Shown here: piece after piece, positions 27,801-42,800 of the stretch | How positions within the stretch are numbered: position 1 is the first letter of the stretch | How the letters are laid out: each line of letters begins with the position of its first letter | From: Eledone cirrhosa | Taxonomy: Eukaryota | Direction: 5' to 3' | DNA: 64,000 nucleotides | Assembly: GCA_964016885.1 (NCBI GenBank) | Contig: OZ024741.1 | Coordinates: 405,170,001-405,234,000, forward strand | Notes under the pieces: generated by a model | Databases searched by the model: none | Told to the model about the DNA's origin: nothing | What the model saw: only the letters and a program-made list of their open reading frames with translations | Translations under genes and position numbers: made by a program

Positions 27801-30800
27801 ATTGTGACAACCTTCACAACTATTTTCTAATGAATTGTGACAACCATCACAACTATTTTATAATTAATTTTTACAGCTTTTCACAACTATTTTATAATTA
27901 ATTGTGACAAACTTCACAACTATTTTATAATGAATTGTGACAACCTTCACAACTATTTTATAATAATTTTTACAGCTTTTCACAACTATTTTATAAATAA
28001 TTGTGACAACCTTCACAACTATTTTATAATTAATTTTTACAGATTTTCACAACTATTTTATAATTAATTGTGACAACCTTCACAACTATTTTATAATTAA
28101 TTTTAACAGCTTTTCACAACTATTTTATAATTAATTGTGACAACCTTCACAACTATTTTATAATTAATTTTTACAGCTTTTCACAACTATTTTATAATGA
28201 ATTGTGACAACCTTCACAACTATTTTATAATTAATTTTTACAGATTTTCACAACTATTTTTTAATTAAATGTGACAACCTTCACAACTATTTTATAATGA
28301 ATTGTGACAACCTTCACAACTATTTTATAATTAATTTTTAGAGCTTTTCACAAATATTTTATAATTAATTGTGACAACCTTCACAACTATTTTATAATTA
28401 ATTGTGACAACCTTCACAACTATTTTATAATTAATTTTTACAGATTTTCACAACTATTTTATAATTAATTGTGACAACCTTCACAACTATTTTATAATTA
28501 ATTTTTACAGCTTTTCACAACTATTTTATAATGAATTGTGACAACCTTCACAACAATTTTATAATTAATTTTTACAGCTTTTCACAACTATTTTATAATT
28601 AATTGTGACAACCTTCACAACTATTTTATAATTAATTTTTTCAGCTTTTCACAACTATTTTATAATGAACTGTGACAACCTTCACAACTATTTTATAATG
28701 AATTGTGACAACCTTCAAAACTATTTTATAATTGATTGTGACAACCTTCACAACTATTTTATAATTAATTGTGACAGTCTTCACAACTAATTTATAATTA
28801 ATTTTTACAGATTTTCACAACTATTTTATAATTAATTGTGACAACCTTCACAACTATTTTATAATGAATTGTGACAACCATCACAACTATTTTATAATTA
28901 ATTTTTACAGCTTTTCACAACTATTTTATAATGAATTGTGACAACCTTCACAACTATTTTATAATGAATTGTGACAACCTTCACAACTATTTTATAATTA
29001 ATTTTTACAGCTTTTCACAACTATTTTATAAATAATTGTGACAACCTTCACAACTATTTTATAATTAATTTTTACAGATTTTCACAACTATTTTATAATT
29101 AATTGTGACAACCTTCACAACTATTTTATAATTAATTTTAACAGCTTTTCACAACTATTTTATAATTAATTGTGACAACCTTCACAACTATTTCATAATT
29201 AATTTTTACAGCTTTTCACAACTATTTTATAATGAATTGTGACAACCTTCACAACTATTTTATAATTAATTTTTACATATTTTCACAACTATTTTTTAAT
29301 TAATTGTGACAACCTTCACAACTATTTTATAATGAATTGTGACAACCTTCACAACTATTTTATAATTAATTTTTACAGCTTTTCACAACTATTTTATAAT
29401 TAATTGTGACAACCTTCACAACTATTTTATAATTAATTGTGACAACCTTCACAACTATTTTATAATTAATTTGTACAGCTTTTCACATCTATTTTATAAT
29501 TAATTGTGACAACCTTCACAACTATTTTATAATTAATTTTTACAGCTTTTCACAACTATTTTATATTAATTGTGACAACCTTCACAACTATTTTATAATT
29601 AATTTTTACAGCTTTTCACAACTATTTTATAATTAATTGTGACAACCTTCACAACTATTTCATAATTAATTTTTTCAGCTTTTCACAACTATTTTATAAT
29701 GAACTGTGACAACCTTCACAACTATTTTATAATTAATTTTTACAGCTTTTCACAACTATTTAATAATGAATTGTGACAACCTTCACAACTATTTTATAAT
29801 GAATTGTGACAACCTTCACAACTATTTTATAATGAATTGTGACAACCTTCACAACAATTTTATAATTAATTTTTACAGCTTTTCACAACTATTTCATAAT
29901 TAATTGTGACAACCTTCACAACTATTTTATAATGAATTGTGACAACCATCACAACTATTTTATAATGAATTGTGACAACCTTCACAACTATTTTATAATT
30001 AATTTTTACAGCTTTTCACAACTATTTTATAATTAATTGTGACAACCTTCACAACTATTTTATAATTAATTGTGACAACCTTCACAACTATTTTATAATT
30101 AATTTTTACAGATTTTCACAACTATTTTATAATTAATTGTGACAACCTTCACAACTATTTTATAATTAATTTTTACAGCTTTTCACAACTATTTTATAAT
30201 GAATTGTGACAACCTTCACAACTATTTTATAATTAATTTTTACAGATTTTCACAACTATTTTATAATTAATTGTGACAACCTTCACAACTATTTTATAAT
30301 TAATTTTAACAGCTTTTCACAACTATTTTATAATTAATTGTGACAACCTTCACAACTATTTTATAATTAATTTTTACAGCTTTTCACAACTATTTTATAA
30401 TGAATTGTGACAACCTTCACAACTATTTTATAATTAATTTTTACAGACTTTCACAACTATTTTTTAATTAAATGTGACAACCTTCACAACTATTTTATAA
30501 TGAATTGTGACAACCTTCACAACTATTTTATAATTAATTTTTAGAGCTTTTCAAAAATATTTTATAATTAATTGTGACAACCTTCACAACTATTTTATAA
30601 TTAATTGTGACAACCTTCACAACTATTTTATAATTAATTTTTACAGATTTTCACAACTATTTTATAATTAATTGTGACAACCTTCACAACTATTTTATAA
30701 TTAATTTTTACAGCTTTTCACAACTATTTTATAATGAATTGTGACAACCTTCACAACAATTTTATAATTAATTTTTACAGCTTTTCACAACTATTTTATA

Positions 30801-33800
30801 ATTAATTGTGACAACCTTCACAACTATTTTATAATTAATTTTTTCAGCTTTTCACAACTATTTTATAATGAACTGTGACAACCTTCACAACTATTTTATA
30901 ATGAATTGTGACAACCTTCAAAACTATTTTATAATTGATTGTGACAACCTTCACAACTATTTTATAATTAATTGTGACAGTCTTCACAACTATTTTATAA
31001 TTAATTTTTACAGATTTTCACAACTATTTTATAATTAATTGTGACAACCTTCACAACTATTTTATAATGAATTGTGACAACCATCACAACTATTTTATAA
31101 TTAATTTTTACAGCTTTTCACAACTATTTTATAATGAATTGTGACAACCTTCACAACTATTTTATAATGAATTGTGACAACCTTCACAACTATTTTATAA
31201 TTAATTTTTACAGCTTTTCACAACTATTTTATAAATAATTGTGACAACCTTCACAACTATTTTATAATTAATTTTTACAGATTTTCACAACTATTTTATA
31301 ATTAATTGTGACAACCTTCACAACTATTTTATAATTAATTTTAACAGCTTTTCACAACTATTTTATAATTAATTGTGACAACCTTCACAACTATTTCATA
31401 ATTAATTTTTACAGCTTTTCACAACTATTTTATAATGAATTGTGACAACCTTCACAACTATTTTATAATTAATTTTTACATATTTTCACAACTATTTTTT
31501 AATTAATTGTGACAACCTTCACAACTATTTTATAATGAATTGTGACAACCTTCACAACTATTTTATAATTAATTTTTACAGCTTTTCACAACTATTTTAT
31601 AATTAATTGTGACAACCTTCACAACTCTTTTATAATTAATTGTGACAACCTTCACAACTATTTTATAATTAATTTGTACAGCTTTTCACATCTATTTTAT
31701 AATTAATTGTGACAACCTTCACAACTATTTTATAATTAATTTTTACAGCTTTTCACAACTATTTTATATTAATTGTGACAACCTTCACAACTATTTTATA
31801 ATTAATTTTTACAGCTTTTCACAACTATTTTATAATTAATTGTGACAACCTTCACAACTATTTCATAATTAATTTTTTCAGCTTTTCACAACTATTTTAT
31901 AATGAACTGTGACAACCTTCACAACTATTTTATAATTAATTTTTACAGCTTTTCACAACTATTTAATAATGAATTGTGACAACCTTCACAACTATTTTAT
32001 AATGAATTGTGACAACCTTCACAACTATTTTATAATGAATTGTGACAACCTTCACAACAATTTTATAATTAATTTTTACAGCTTTTCACAACTATTTCAT
32101 AATTAATTGTGACAACCTTCACAACTATTTTATAATGAATTGTGACAACCTTCACAACTATTTTATAATGAATTGTGACAACCTTCACAACTATTTTATA
32201 ATTAATTTTTACAGCTTTTCACAACTATTTTATAATTAATTGTGACAACCTTCACAACTATTTTATAATTAATTGTGACAACCTTCACAACTATTTTATA
32301 ATTAATTTTTACAGATTTTCACAACTATTTTATAATTAATTGTGACAACCTTCACAACTATTTTATAATTAATTTTTACAGCTTTTCACAACTATTTTAT
32401 AATGAATTGTGACAACCTTCACAACTATTTTATAATTAATTTTTACAGATTTTCACAACTATTTTATAATTAATTTTGACAACCTTCACAACTATTTTAT
32501 AATGAATTGTGACAACCTTCACAACTATTTTATAATTAATTTTTAAAGATTTTCACAACTATTTTATAATTAATTGTGACAACCTTCACAACTATTTTAT
32601 AATGAATTGTGACAACCTTCACAACTATTTTATAATTAATTTTTACAGCTTTTCACAACTATTTTATAATTAATTGTGACAACCTTCACAACTATTTTAT
32701 AATTAATTGTGACAACCTTCACAACTATTTTATAAATAATTTTTACAGCTTTTCACAACTATTTTATATTAATTGTGACAACCTTCACAACTATTTTATA
32801 ATTGATTTTTACAGCTTTTCACAACTATTTTATAATTAATTGTGACAACCTTCACAACTATTTCATAATTAATTTTTTCAGCTTTTCACAACTATTTTAT
32901 AATGAATTGTGACAACCTTCACAACTATTTTATAATGAATTGTGACAACCTTCACAACTATTTTATAATGAATTGTGACAACCTTCACAACTATTTTATA
33001 ATTAATTTTTACAGCTTTTCACAACTATTTCATAATTAATTGTGACGACCTTCACAACTATTTTATACTGAATGGTGACAATCTTCACAACTATATTATA
33101 ATGAATTGTGACAACCTTCACAACTATTTTATAATTAATTTTTACAGCTTTTCACAACTATTTTATAATGGATTGTGACAACCTTCACAACTATTTTATA
33201 ATTAATTTTTACAGATTTTCACAACTATTTTTTAATTAATTGTGACAACCTTCACAACTATTTTATAATGAATTGTGACAACCTTCACAACTATTTTATA
33301 ATTAATTTTTACAGCTTTTCACAACTATTTTATAATTAATTGTGACAACCTTCACAACTATTTTATAATTAATTGTGACAACCTTCACAACTATTTTATA
33401 ATTAATTTGTACAACTTTTCACAACTATTTTATAATTAATTGTGACAAACTTCACAACTATTTTATAATTAATTTTTACAGCTTTTCACAACTATTTTAT
33501 ATTAATTGTGACAACCTTCACAACTATTTTATAATTAATTTTTACAACTTTTCACAACTATTTTATAATTAATTGTGACGACCTTCACAACTATTTCATA
33601 ATTAATTTTTTCAGCTTTTCACAACTATTTTATAATGAACTGTGACAACCTTCACAACTATTTTATAATGAATTGTGACAACCTTCACAACTATTTTATA
33701 ATGAATTGTGACAACCTTCACGACTATTTTATAATTCATTTTTACAGCTTTTCACAACTATTTAATAATGAATTGTGACAACCTTCACAACTATTTTATA

Positions 33801-36800
33801 ATTAATTGTGACAGTCTTCACAACTATTTTATAATTAATTTTTACAGATTTTCACAACTATTTTATAATTAATTGTGACAACCTTCACAACTATTTTCTA
33901 ATGAATTGTGACAACCATCACAACTATTTTATAATTAATTTTTACAGCTTTTCACAACTATTTTATAATTAATTGTGACAAACTTCACAACTATTTTATA
34001 ATGAATTGTGACAACCTTCACAACTATTTTATAATAATTTTTACAGCTTTTCACAACTATTTTATAAATAATTGTGACAACCTTCACAACTATTTTATAA
34101 TTAATTTTTACAGATTTTCACAACTATTTTATAATTAATTGTGACAACCTTCACAACTATTTTATAATTAATTTTAACAGCTTTTCACAACTATTTTATA
34201 ATTAATTGTGACAACCTTCACAACTATTTTATAATTAATTTTTACAGCTTTTCACAACTATTTTATAATGAATTGTGACAACCTTCACAACTATTTTATA
34301 ATTAATTTTTACAGATTTTCACAACTATTTTTTAATTAAATGTGACAACCTTCACAACTATTTTATAATGAATTGTGACAACCTTCACAACTATTTTATA
34401 ATTAATTTTTAGAGCTTTTCACAAATATTTTATAATTAATTGTGACAACCTTCACAACTATTTTATAATTAATTGTGACAACCTTCACAACTATTTTATA
34501 ATTAATTTTTACAGATTTTCACAACTATTTTATAATTAATTGTGACAACCTTCACAACTATTTTATAATTAATTTTTACAGCTTTTCACAACTATTTTAT
34601 AATGAATTGTGACAACCTTCACAACAATTTTATAATTAATTTTTACAGCTTTTCACAACTATTTTATAATTAATTGTGACAACCTTCACAACTATTTTAT
34701 AATTAATTTTTTCAGCTTTTCACAACTATTTTATAATGAACTGTGACAACCTTCACAACTATTTTATAATGAATTGTGACAACCTTCAAAACTATTTTAT
34801 AATTGATTGTGACAACCTTCACAACTATTTTATAATTAATTGTGACAGTCTTCACAACTAATTTATAATTAATTTTTACAGATTTTCACAACTATTTTAT
34901 AATTAATTGTGACAACCTTCACAACTATTTTATAATGAATTGTGACAACCATCACAACTATTTTATAATTAATTTTTACAGCTTTTCACAACTATTTTAT
35001 AATGAATTGTGACAACCTTCACAACTATTTTATAATGAATTGTGACAACCTTCACAACTATTTTATAATTAATTTTTACAGCTTTTCACAACTATTTTAT
35101 AAATAATTGTGACAACCTTCACAACTATTTTATAATTAATTTTTACAGATTTTCACAACTATTTTATAATTAATTGTGACAACCTTCACAACTATTTTAT
35201 AATTAATTTTAACAGCTTTTCACAACTATTTTATAATTAATTGTGACAACCTTCACAACTATTTCATAATTAATTTTTACAGCTTTTCACAACTATTTTA
35301 TAATGAATTGTGACAACTTTCACAACTATTTTATAATTAATTTTTACATATTTTCACAACTATTTTTTAATTAATTGTGACAACCTTCACAACTATTTTA
35401 TAATGAATTGTGACAACCTTCACAACTATTTTATAATTAATTTTTACAGCTTTTCACAACTATTTTATAATTAATTGTGACAACCTTCACAACTATTTTA
35501 TAATTAATTGTGACAACCTTCACAACTATTTTATAATTAATTTGTACAGCTTTTCACATCTATTTTATAATTAATTGTGACAACCTTCACAACTATTTTA
35601 TAATTAATTTTTACAGCTTTTCACAACTATTTTATATTAATTGTGACAACCTTCACAACTATTTTATAATTAATTTTTACAGCTTTTCACAACTATTTTA
35701 TAATTAATTGTGACAACCTTCACAACTATTTCATAATTAATTTTTTCAGCTTTTCACAACTATTTTATAATGAACTGTGACAACCTTCACAACTATTTTA
35801 TAATTAATTTTTACAGCTTTTCACAACTATTTAATAATGAATTGTGACAACCTTCACAACTATTTTATAATGAATTGTGACAACCTTCACAACTATTTTA
35901 TAATGAATTGTGACAACCTTCACAACTATTTTATAATTAATTTTTACAGCTTTTCACAACTATTTCATAATTAATTGTGACAACCTTCACAACTATTTTA
36001 TAATGAATTGTGACAACCATCACAACTATTTTATAATGAATTGTGACAACCTTCACAACTATTTTATAATTAATTTTTACAGCTTTTCACAACTATTTTA
36101 TAATTAATTGTGACAACCTTCACAACTATTTTATAATTAATTGTGACAACCTTCACAACTATTTTATAATTAATTTTTACAGATTTTCACAACTATTTTA
36201 TAATTAATTGTGACAACCTTCACAACTATTTTATAATTAATTTTTACAGCTTTTCACAACTATTTTATAATGAATTGTGACAACCTTCACAACTATTTTA
36301 TAATTAATTTTTACAGATTTTCACAACTATTTTATAATTAATTGTGACAACCTTCACAACTATTTTATAATTAATTTTAACAGCTTTTCACAACTATTTC
36401 ATAATTAATTGTGACAACCTTCACAACTATTTTATAATTAATTTTTACAGCTTTTCACAACTATTTTATAATGAATTGTGACAACCTTCACAACTATTAT
36501 ATAATTAATTTTTACAGATTTTCACAACTATTTTTTAATTAAATGTGACAACCTTCACAACTATTTTATAATGAATTGTGACAACCTTCACAACTATTTT
36601 ATAATTAATTTTTAGAGCTTTTCAAAAATATTTTATAATTAATTGTGACAATCTTCACAACTATTTTATAATTAATTGTGACAACCTTCACAACTATTTT
36701 ATAATTAATTTTTACAGATTTTCACAACTATTTTATAATTAATTGTGACAACCTTCACAACTATTTTATAATTAATTTTTACAGCTTTTCACAACTATTT

Positions 36801-39800
36801 TATAATGAATTGTGACAACCTTCATAACAATTTTATAATTAATTTTTACAGCTTTTCACAACTATTTTATAATTAATTGTGACAACCTTCACAACTATTT
36901 TATAATTAATTTTTTCAGCTTTTCACAACTATTTTATAATGAACTGTGACAACCTTCACAACTATTTTATAATGAATTGTGACAACCTTCAAAACTATTT
37001 TATAATTGATTGTGACAACCTTCACAACTATTTTATAATTAATTGTGACAGTCTTCACAACTATTTTATAATTAATTTTTACAGATTTTCACAACTATTT
37101 TATAATTAATTGTGACAACCTTCACAACTATTTTATAATGAATTGTGACAACCATCACAACTATTTTATAATTAATTTTTACAGCTTTTCACAACTATTT
37201 TATAATGAATTGTGACAACCTTCACAACTATTTTATAATGAATTGTGACAACCTTCACAACTATTTTATAATTAATTTTTACAGCTTTTCACAACTATTT
37301 TATAAATAATTGTGACAACCTTCACAACTATTTTATAATTAATTTTTACAGATTTTCACAACTATTTTATAATTAATTGTGACTACCTTCACAACTATTT
37401 TATAATTAATTTTAACAGCTTTTCACAACTATTTTATAATTAATTGTGACAACCTTCACAACTATTTCATAATTAATTTTTACAGCTTTTCACAACTATT
37501 TTATAATGAATTGTGACAACCTTCACAACTATTTTATAATTAATTTTTACATATTTTCACAACTATTTTTTAATTAATTGTGACAACCTTCACAACTATT
37601 TTATAATGAATTGTGACAACCTTCACAACTATTTTATAATTAATTTTTACAGCTTTTCACAACTATTTTATAATTAATTGTGACAACCTTCACAACTCTT
37701 TTATAATTAATTGTGACAACCTTCACAACTATTTTATAATTAATTTGTACAGCTTTTCACATCTATTTTATAATTAATTGTGACAACCTTCACAACTATT
37801 TTATAATTAATTTTTACAGCTTTTCACAACTATTTTATATTAATTGTGACAACCTTCACAACTATTTTATAATTAATTTTTACAGCTTTTCACAACTATT
37901 TTATAATTAATTGTGACAACCTTCACAACTATTTCATAATTAATTTTTTCAGCTTTTCACAACTATTTTATAATGAACTGTGACAACCTTCACAACTATT
38001 TTATAATTAATTTTTACAGCTTTTCACAACTATTTAATAATGAATTGTGACAACCTTCACAACTATTTTATAATGAATTGTGACAATCTTCACAACTATT
38101 TTATAATGAATTGTGACAACCTTCACAACAATTTTATAATTAATTTTTACAGCTTTTCACAACTATTTCATAATTAATTGTGACAACCTTCACAACTATT
38201 TTATAATGAATTGTGACAACCTTCACAACTATTTTATAATGAATTGTGACAACCTTCACAACTATTTTATAATTAATTTTTACAGCTTTTCACAACTATT
38301 TTATAATTAATTGTGACAACCTTCACAACTATTTTATAATTAATTGTGACAACCTTCACAACTATTTTATAATTAATTTTTACAGATTTTCACAACTATT
38401 TTATAATTAATTGTGACAACCTTCACAACTATTTTATAATTAATTTTTACAGCTTTTCACAACTATTTTATAATGAATTGTGACAACCTTCACAACTATT
38501 TTATAATTAATTTTTACAGATTTTCACAACTATTTTATAATTAATTGTGACAACCTTCACAACTATTTTATAATGAATTGTGACAACCTTCACAACTATT
38601 TTATAATTAATTTTTAAAGATTTTCACAACTATTTTATAATTAATTGTGACAACCTTCACAACTATTTTATAATTAATTGTGACAACCTTCACAACTATT
38701 TTATAAATAATTTTTACAGCTTTTCACAACTATTTTATATTAATTGTGACAACCTTCACAACTATTTTATAATTGATTTTTACAGCTTTTCACAACTATT
38801 TTATAATTAATTGTGACAACCTTCACAACTATTTCATAAATAATTTTTTCAGCTTTTCACAACTATTTTATAATGAATTGTGACAACCTTCACAACTATT
38901 TTATAATGAATTGTGACAACCTTCACAACTATTTTATAATGAATTGTGACAACCTTCACAACTATTTTATAATTAATTTTTACAGCTTTTCACAACTATT
39001 TCATAATTAATTGTGACGACCTTCACAACTATTTTATACTGAATGGTGACAATCTTCACAACTATTTTATAATTAATTGTGACAACCTTCACAACTATTT
39101 TATAATTAATTGTGACAACCTTCACAACTATTTTATAATTAATTTTTACAGATTTTCACAACTATTTTATAATTAATTGTGACAACCTTCACAACTATTT
39201 TATAATTAATTTTTACAGCTTTTCACAACTATTTTATAATGAATTGTGACAACCTTCACAACAATTTTATAATTAATTTTTACAGCTTTTCACAACTATT
39301 TTATAATTAATTGTGACAACCTTCACAACTATTTTATAATTAATTTTTTCAGCTTTTCACAACTATTTTATAATGAACTGTGACAACCGTCACAACTATT
39401 TTATAATGAATTGTGACAACCTTCAAAACTATTTTATAATTAATTGTGACAACCTTCACAACTATTTTATAATTAATTGTGACAGTCTTCACAACTATTT
39501 TATAATTAATTTTTACAGATTTTCACAACTATTTTATAATTAATTGTGACAACCTTCACAACTATTTTATAATTAATCTTTACAGATTTTCACAACTATT
39601 TTATAATTAATTGTGACAACCTTCACAACTATTTTATAATGAATTGTGACAACCTTCACAACTATTTTATAATTAATTTTTACAGCTTTTCACAACTATT
39701 ATATAATTAATTGTGACAACCTTCACAACTATTTTATAATTAATTGTGACAACCTTCACAACTATTTTATAATTAATTTTTACAGATTTTCACAACTATT

Positions 39801-42800
39801 TTATAATTAATTGTGACAACCTTCACAACTATTTTATAATTAATTTTTACAGCTTTTCACAACTATTTTATAATGAATTGTGACAACCTTCACAACTATT
39901 TTATAATTAATTTTTACAGATTTTCACAACTATTTTATAATTAATTGTGACAACCTTCACAACTATTTTATAATGAATTGTGACAACCTTCACAACTATT
40001 TTATAATTAATTTTTACAGATTTTCACAACTATTTTATAATTAATTGTGACAACCTTCACAACTATTTTATAATGAATTGTGACAACCTTCACAACTATT
40101 TTATAATTAATTTTTACAGCTTTTCACAACTATTTTATAATTAATTGTGACAACCTTCACAACTATTTTATAATTAATTGTGACAACCTTCACAACTATT
40201 TTATAATTAATTTTTACAGCTTTTCACAACTATTTTATAATTAATTGTGACAACCTTCACAACTATTTCATAATTAATTTTTACAGATTTTCACATCTAT
40301 TTTATAATTAATTGTGACAACCTTCACAACTATTTTATAATTAATTTTTACAGCTTTTCACAACTATTTTATAATTAATTGTGACAACCTTCACAACTAT
40401 TTCATAATTAATTTTTTCAGCTTTTCACAACTATTTTATAATGAATTGTGACAACCTTCACAACTATTTTATAATGAATTGTGACAACCTTCACAACTAT
40501 TTTATAATGAATTGTGACAACCTTCACAACTATTTTATAATTAATTTTTACAGCTTTTCACAACTATTTCATAATTAATTGTGACGACCTTCACAACTAT
40601 TTTATACTGAATGGTGACAACCTTCACAACTATTTTATAATGAAATGTGACAACCTTCACAACTATTTTATAATTAATTTTTACAGCTTTTCACAACTAT
40701 TTTATAATTAATTGTGACAACCTTCACAACTATTTTATAATTAATTTTTACAGATTTTCACAACTATTTTATAATTAATTGTGACAACCTTCACAACTAT
40801 TTTATAATTAATTTTTACAGCTTTTCACAACTATTTTATAATGAATTGTGACAACCTTCAGAACAATTTTATAATTAATTTTTACAGCTTTTCACAACTA
40901 TTTTATAATTAATTGTGACAACCTTCACAACTATTTTATAATTAATTTTTTCAGCTTTTCACAACTACTTTATAATGAACTGTGACAACCGTCACAACTA
41001 TTTTATAATGAATTGTGACAACCTTCAAAACTATTTTATAATTAATTGTGACAACCTTCACAACTATTTTATAATTAATTGTGACAGTCTTCACAACTAT
41101 TTTATAATTAATTTTTACAGATTTTCACAACTATTTTATAATTAATTGTGACAACCTTCACAACTATTTTATAATTAATCTTTATAGATTTTCACAACTA
41201 TTTTATAATTAATTGTGACAACCTTCACAACTATTTTATAATGAATTGTGACAACCTTCACAACTATTTTATAATTAATTTTTACAGCTTTTCACAACTA
41301 TTTTATAATTAATTGTGACAACCTTCACAACTATTTTATAATTAATTTTTACAGCTTTTCACAACTATTTAATAATGAATTGTGACAACCTTCACAACTA
41401 TTTTATAATGAATTGTGACAACCTTCACAACTATTTTATAATGAATTGTGACAACCTTCACAACAATTTTATAATTAATTTTTACAGCTTTTCACAACTA
41501 TTTCATAATTAATTGTGACAACCTTCACAACTATTTTATAATGAATTGTGACAACCTTCACAACTATTTTATAATGAATTGTGACAACCTTCACAACTAT
41601 TTTATAATTAATTTTTACAGCTTTTCACAACTATTTTATAATTAATTGTGACAACCTTCACAACTATTTTATAATTAATTGTGACAACCTTCACAACTAT
41701 TTTATAATTAATTTTTACAGATTTTCACAACTATTTTATAATTAATTGTGACAACCTTCACAACTATTTTATAATTAATTTTTACAGCTTTTCACAACTA
41801 TTTTATAATGAATTGTGACAACCTTCACAACTATTTTATAATTAATTTTTACAGATTTTCACAACTATTTTATAATTAATTGTGACAACCTTCACAACTA
41901 TTTTATAATGAATTGTGACAACCTTCACAACTATTTTATAATTAATTTTTAAAGATTTTCACAACTATTTTATAATTAATTGTGACAACCTTCACAACTA
42001 TTTTATAATGAATTGTGACAACCTTCACAACTATTTTATAATTAATTTTTACAGCTTTTCACAACTATTTTATAATTAATTGTGACAACCTTCACAACTA
42101 TTTTATAATTAATTGTGACAACCTTCACAACTATTTTATAAATAATTTTTACAGCTTTTCACAACTATTTTATATTAATTGTGACAACCTTCACAACTAT
42201 TTTATAATTGATTTTTACAGCTTTTCACAACTATTTTATAATTAATTGTGACAACCTTCACAACTATTTCATAAATAATTTTTTCAGCTTTTCACAACTA
42301 TTTTATAATGAATTGTGACAACCTTCACAACTATTTTATAATGAATTGTGACAACCTTCACAACTATTTTATAATGAATTGTGACAACCTTCACAACTAT
42401 TTTATAATTAATTTTTACAGCTTTTCACAACTATTTCATAATTAATTGTGACGACCTTCACAACTATTTTATACTGAATGGTGACAATCTTCACAACTAT
42501 TTTATAATGAATTGTGACAACCTTCACAACTATTTTATAATTAATTTTTACAGCTTTTCACAACTATTTTATAATTAATTGTGACAACCTTCACAACTAT
42601 TTTATAATTAATTGTGACAACCTTCACAACTATTTTATAATTAATTTTTACAGATTTTCACAACTATTTTATAATTAATTGTGACAACCTTCACAACTAT
42701 TTTATAATTAATTTTTACAGCTTTTCACAACTATTTTATAATGAATTGTGACAACCTTCACAACAATTTTATAATTAATTTTTACAGCTTTTCACAACTA

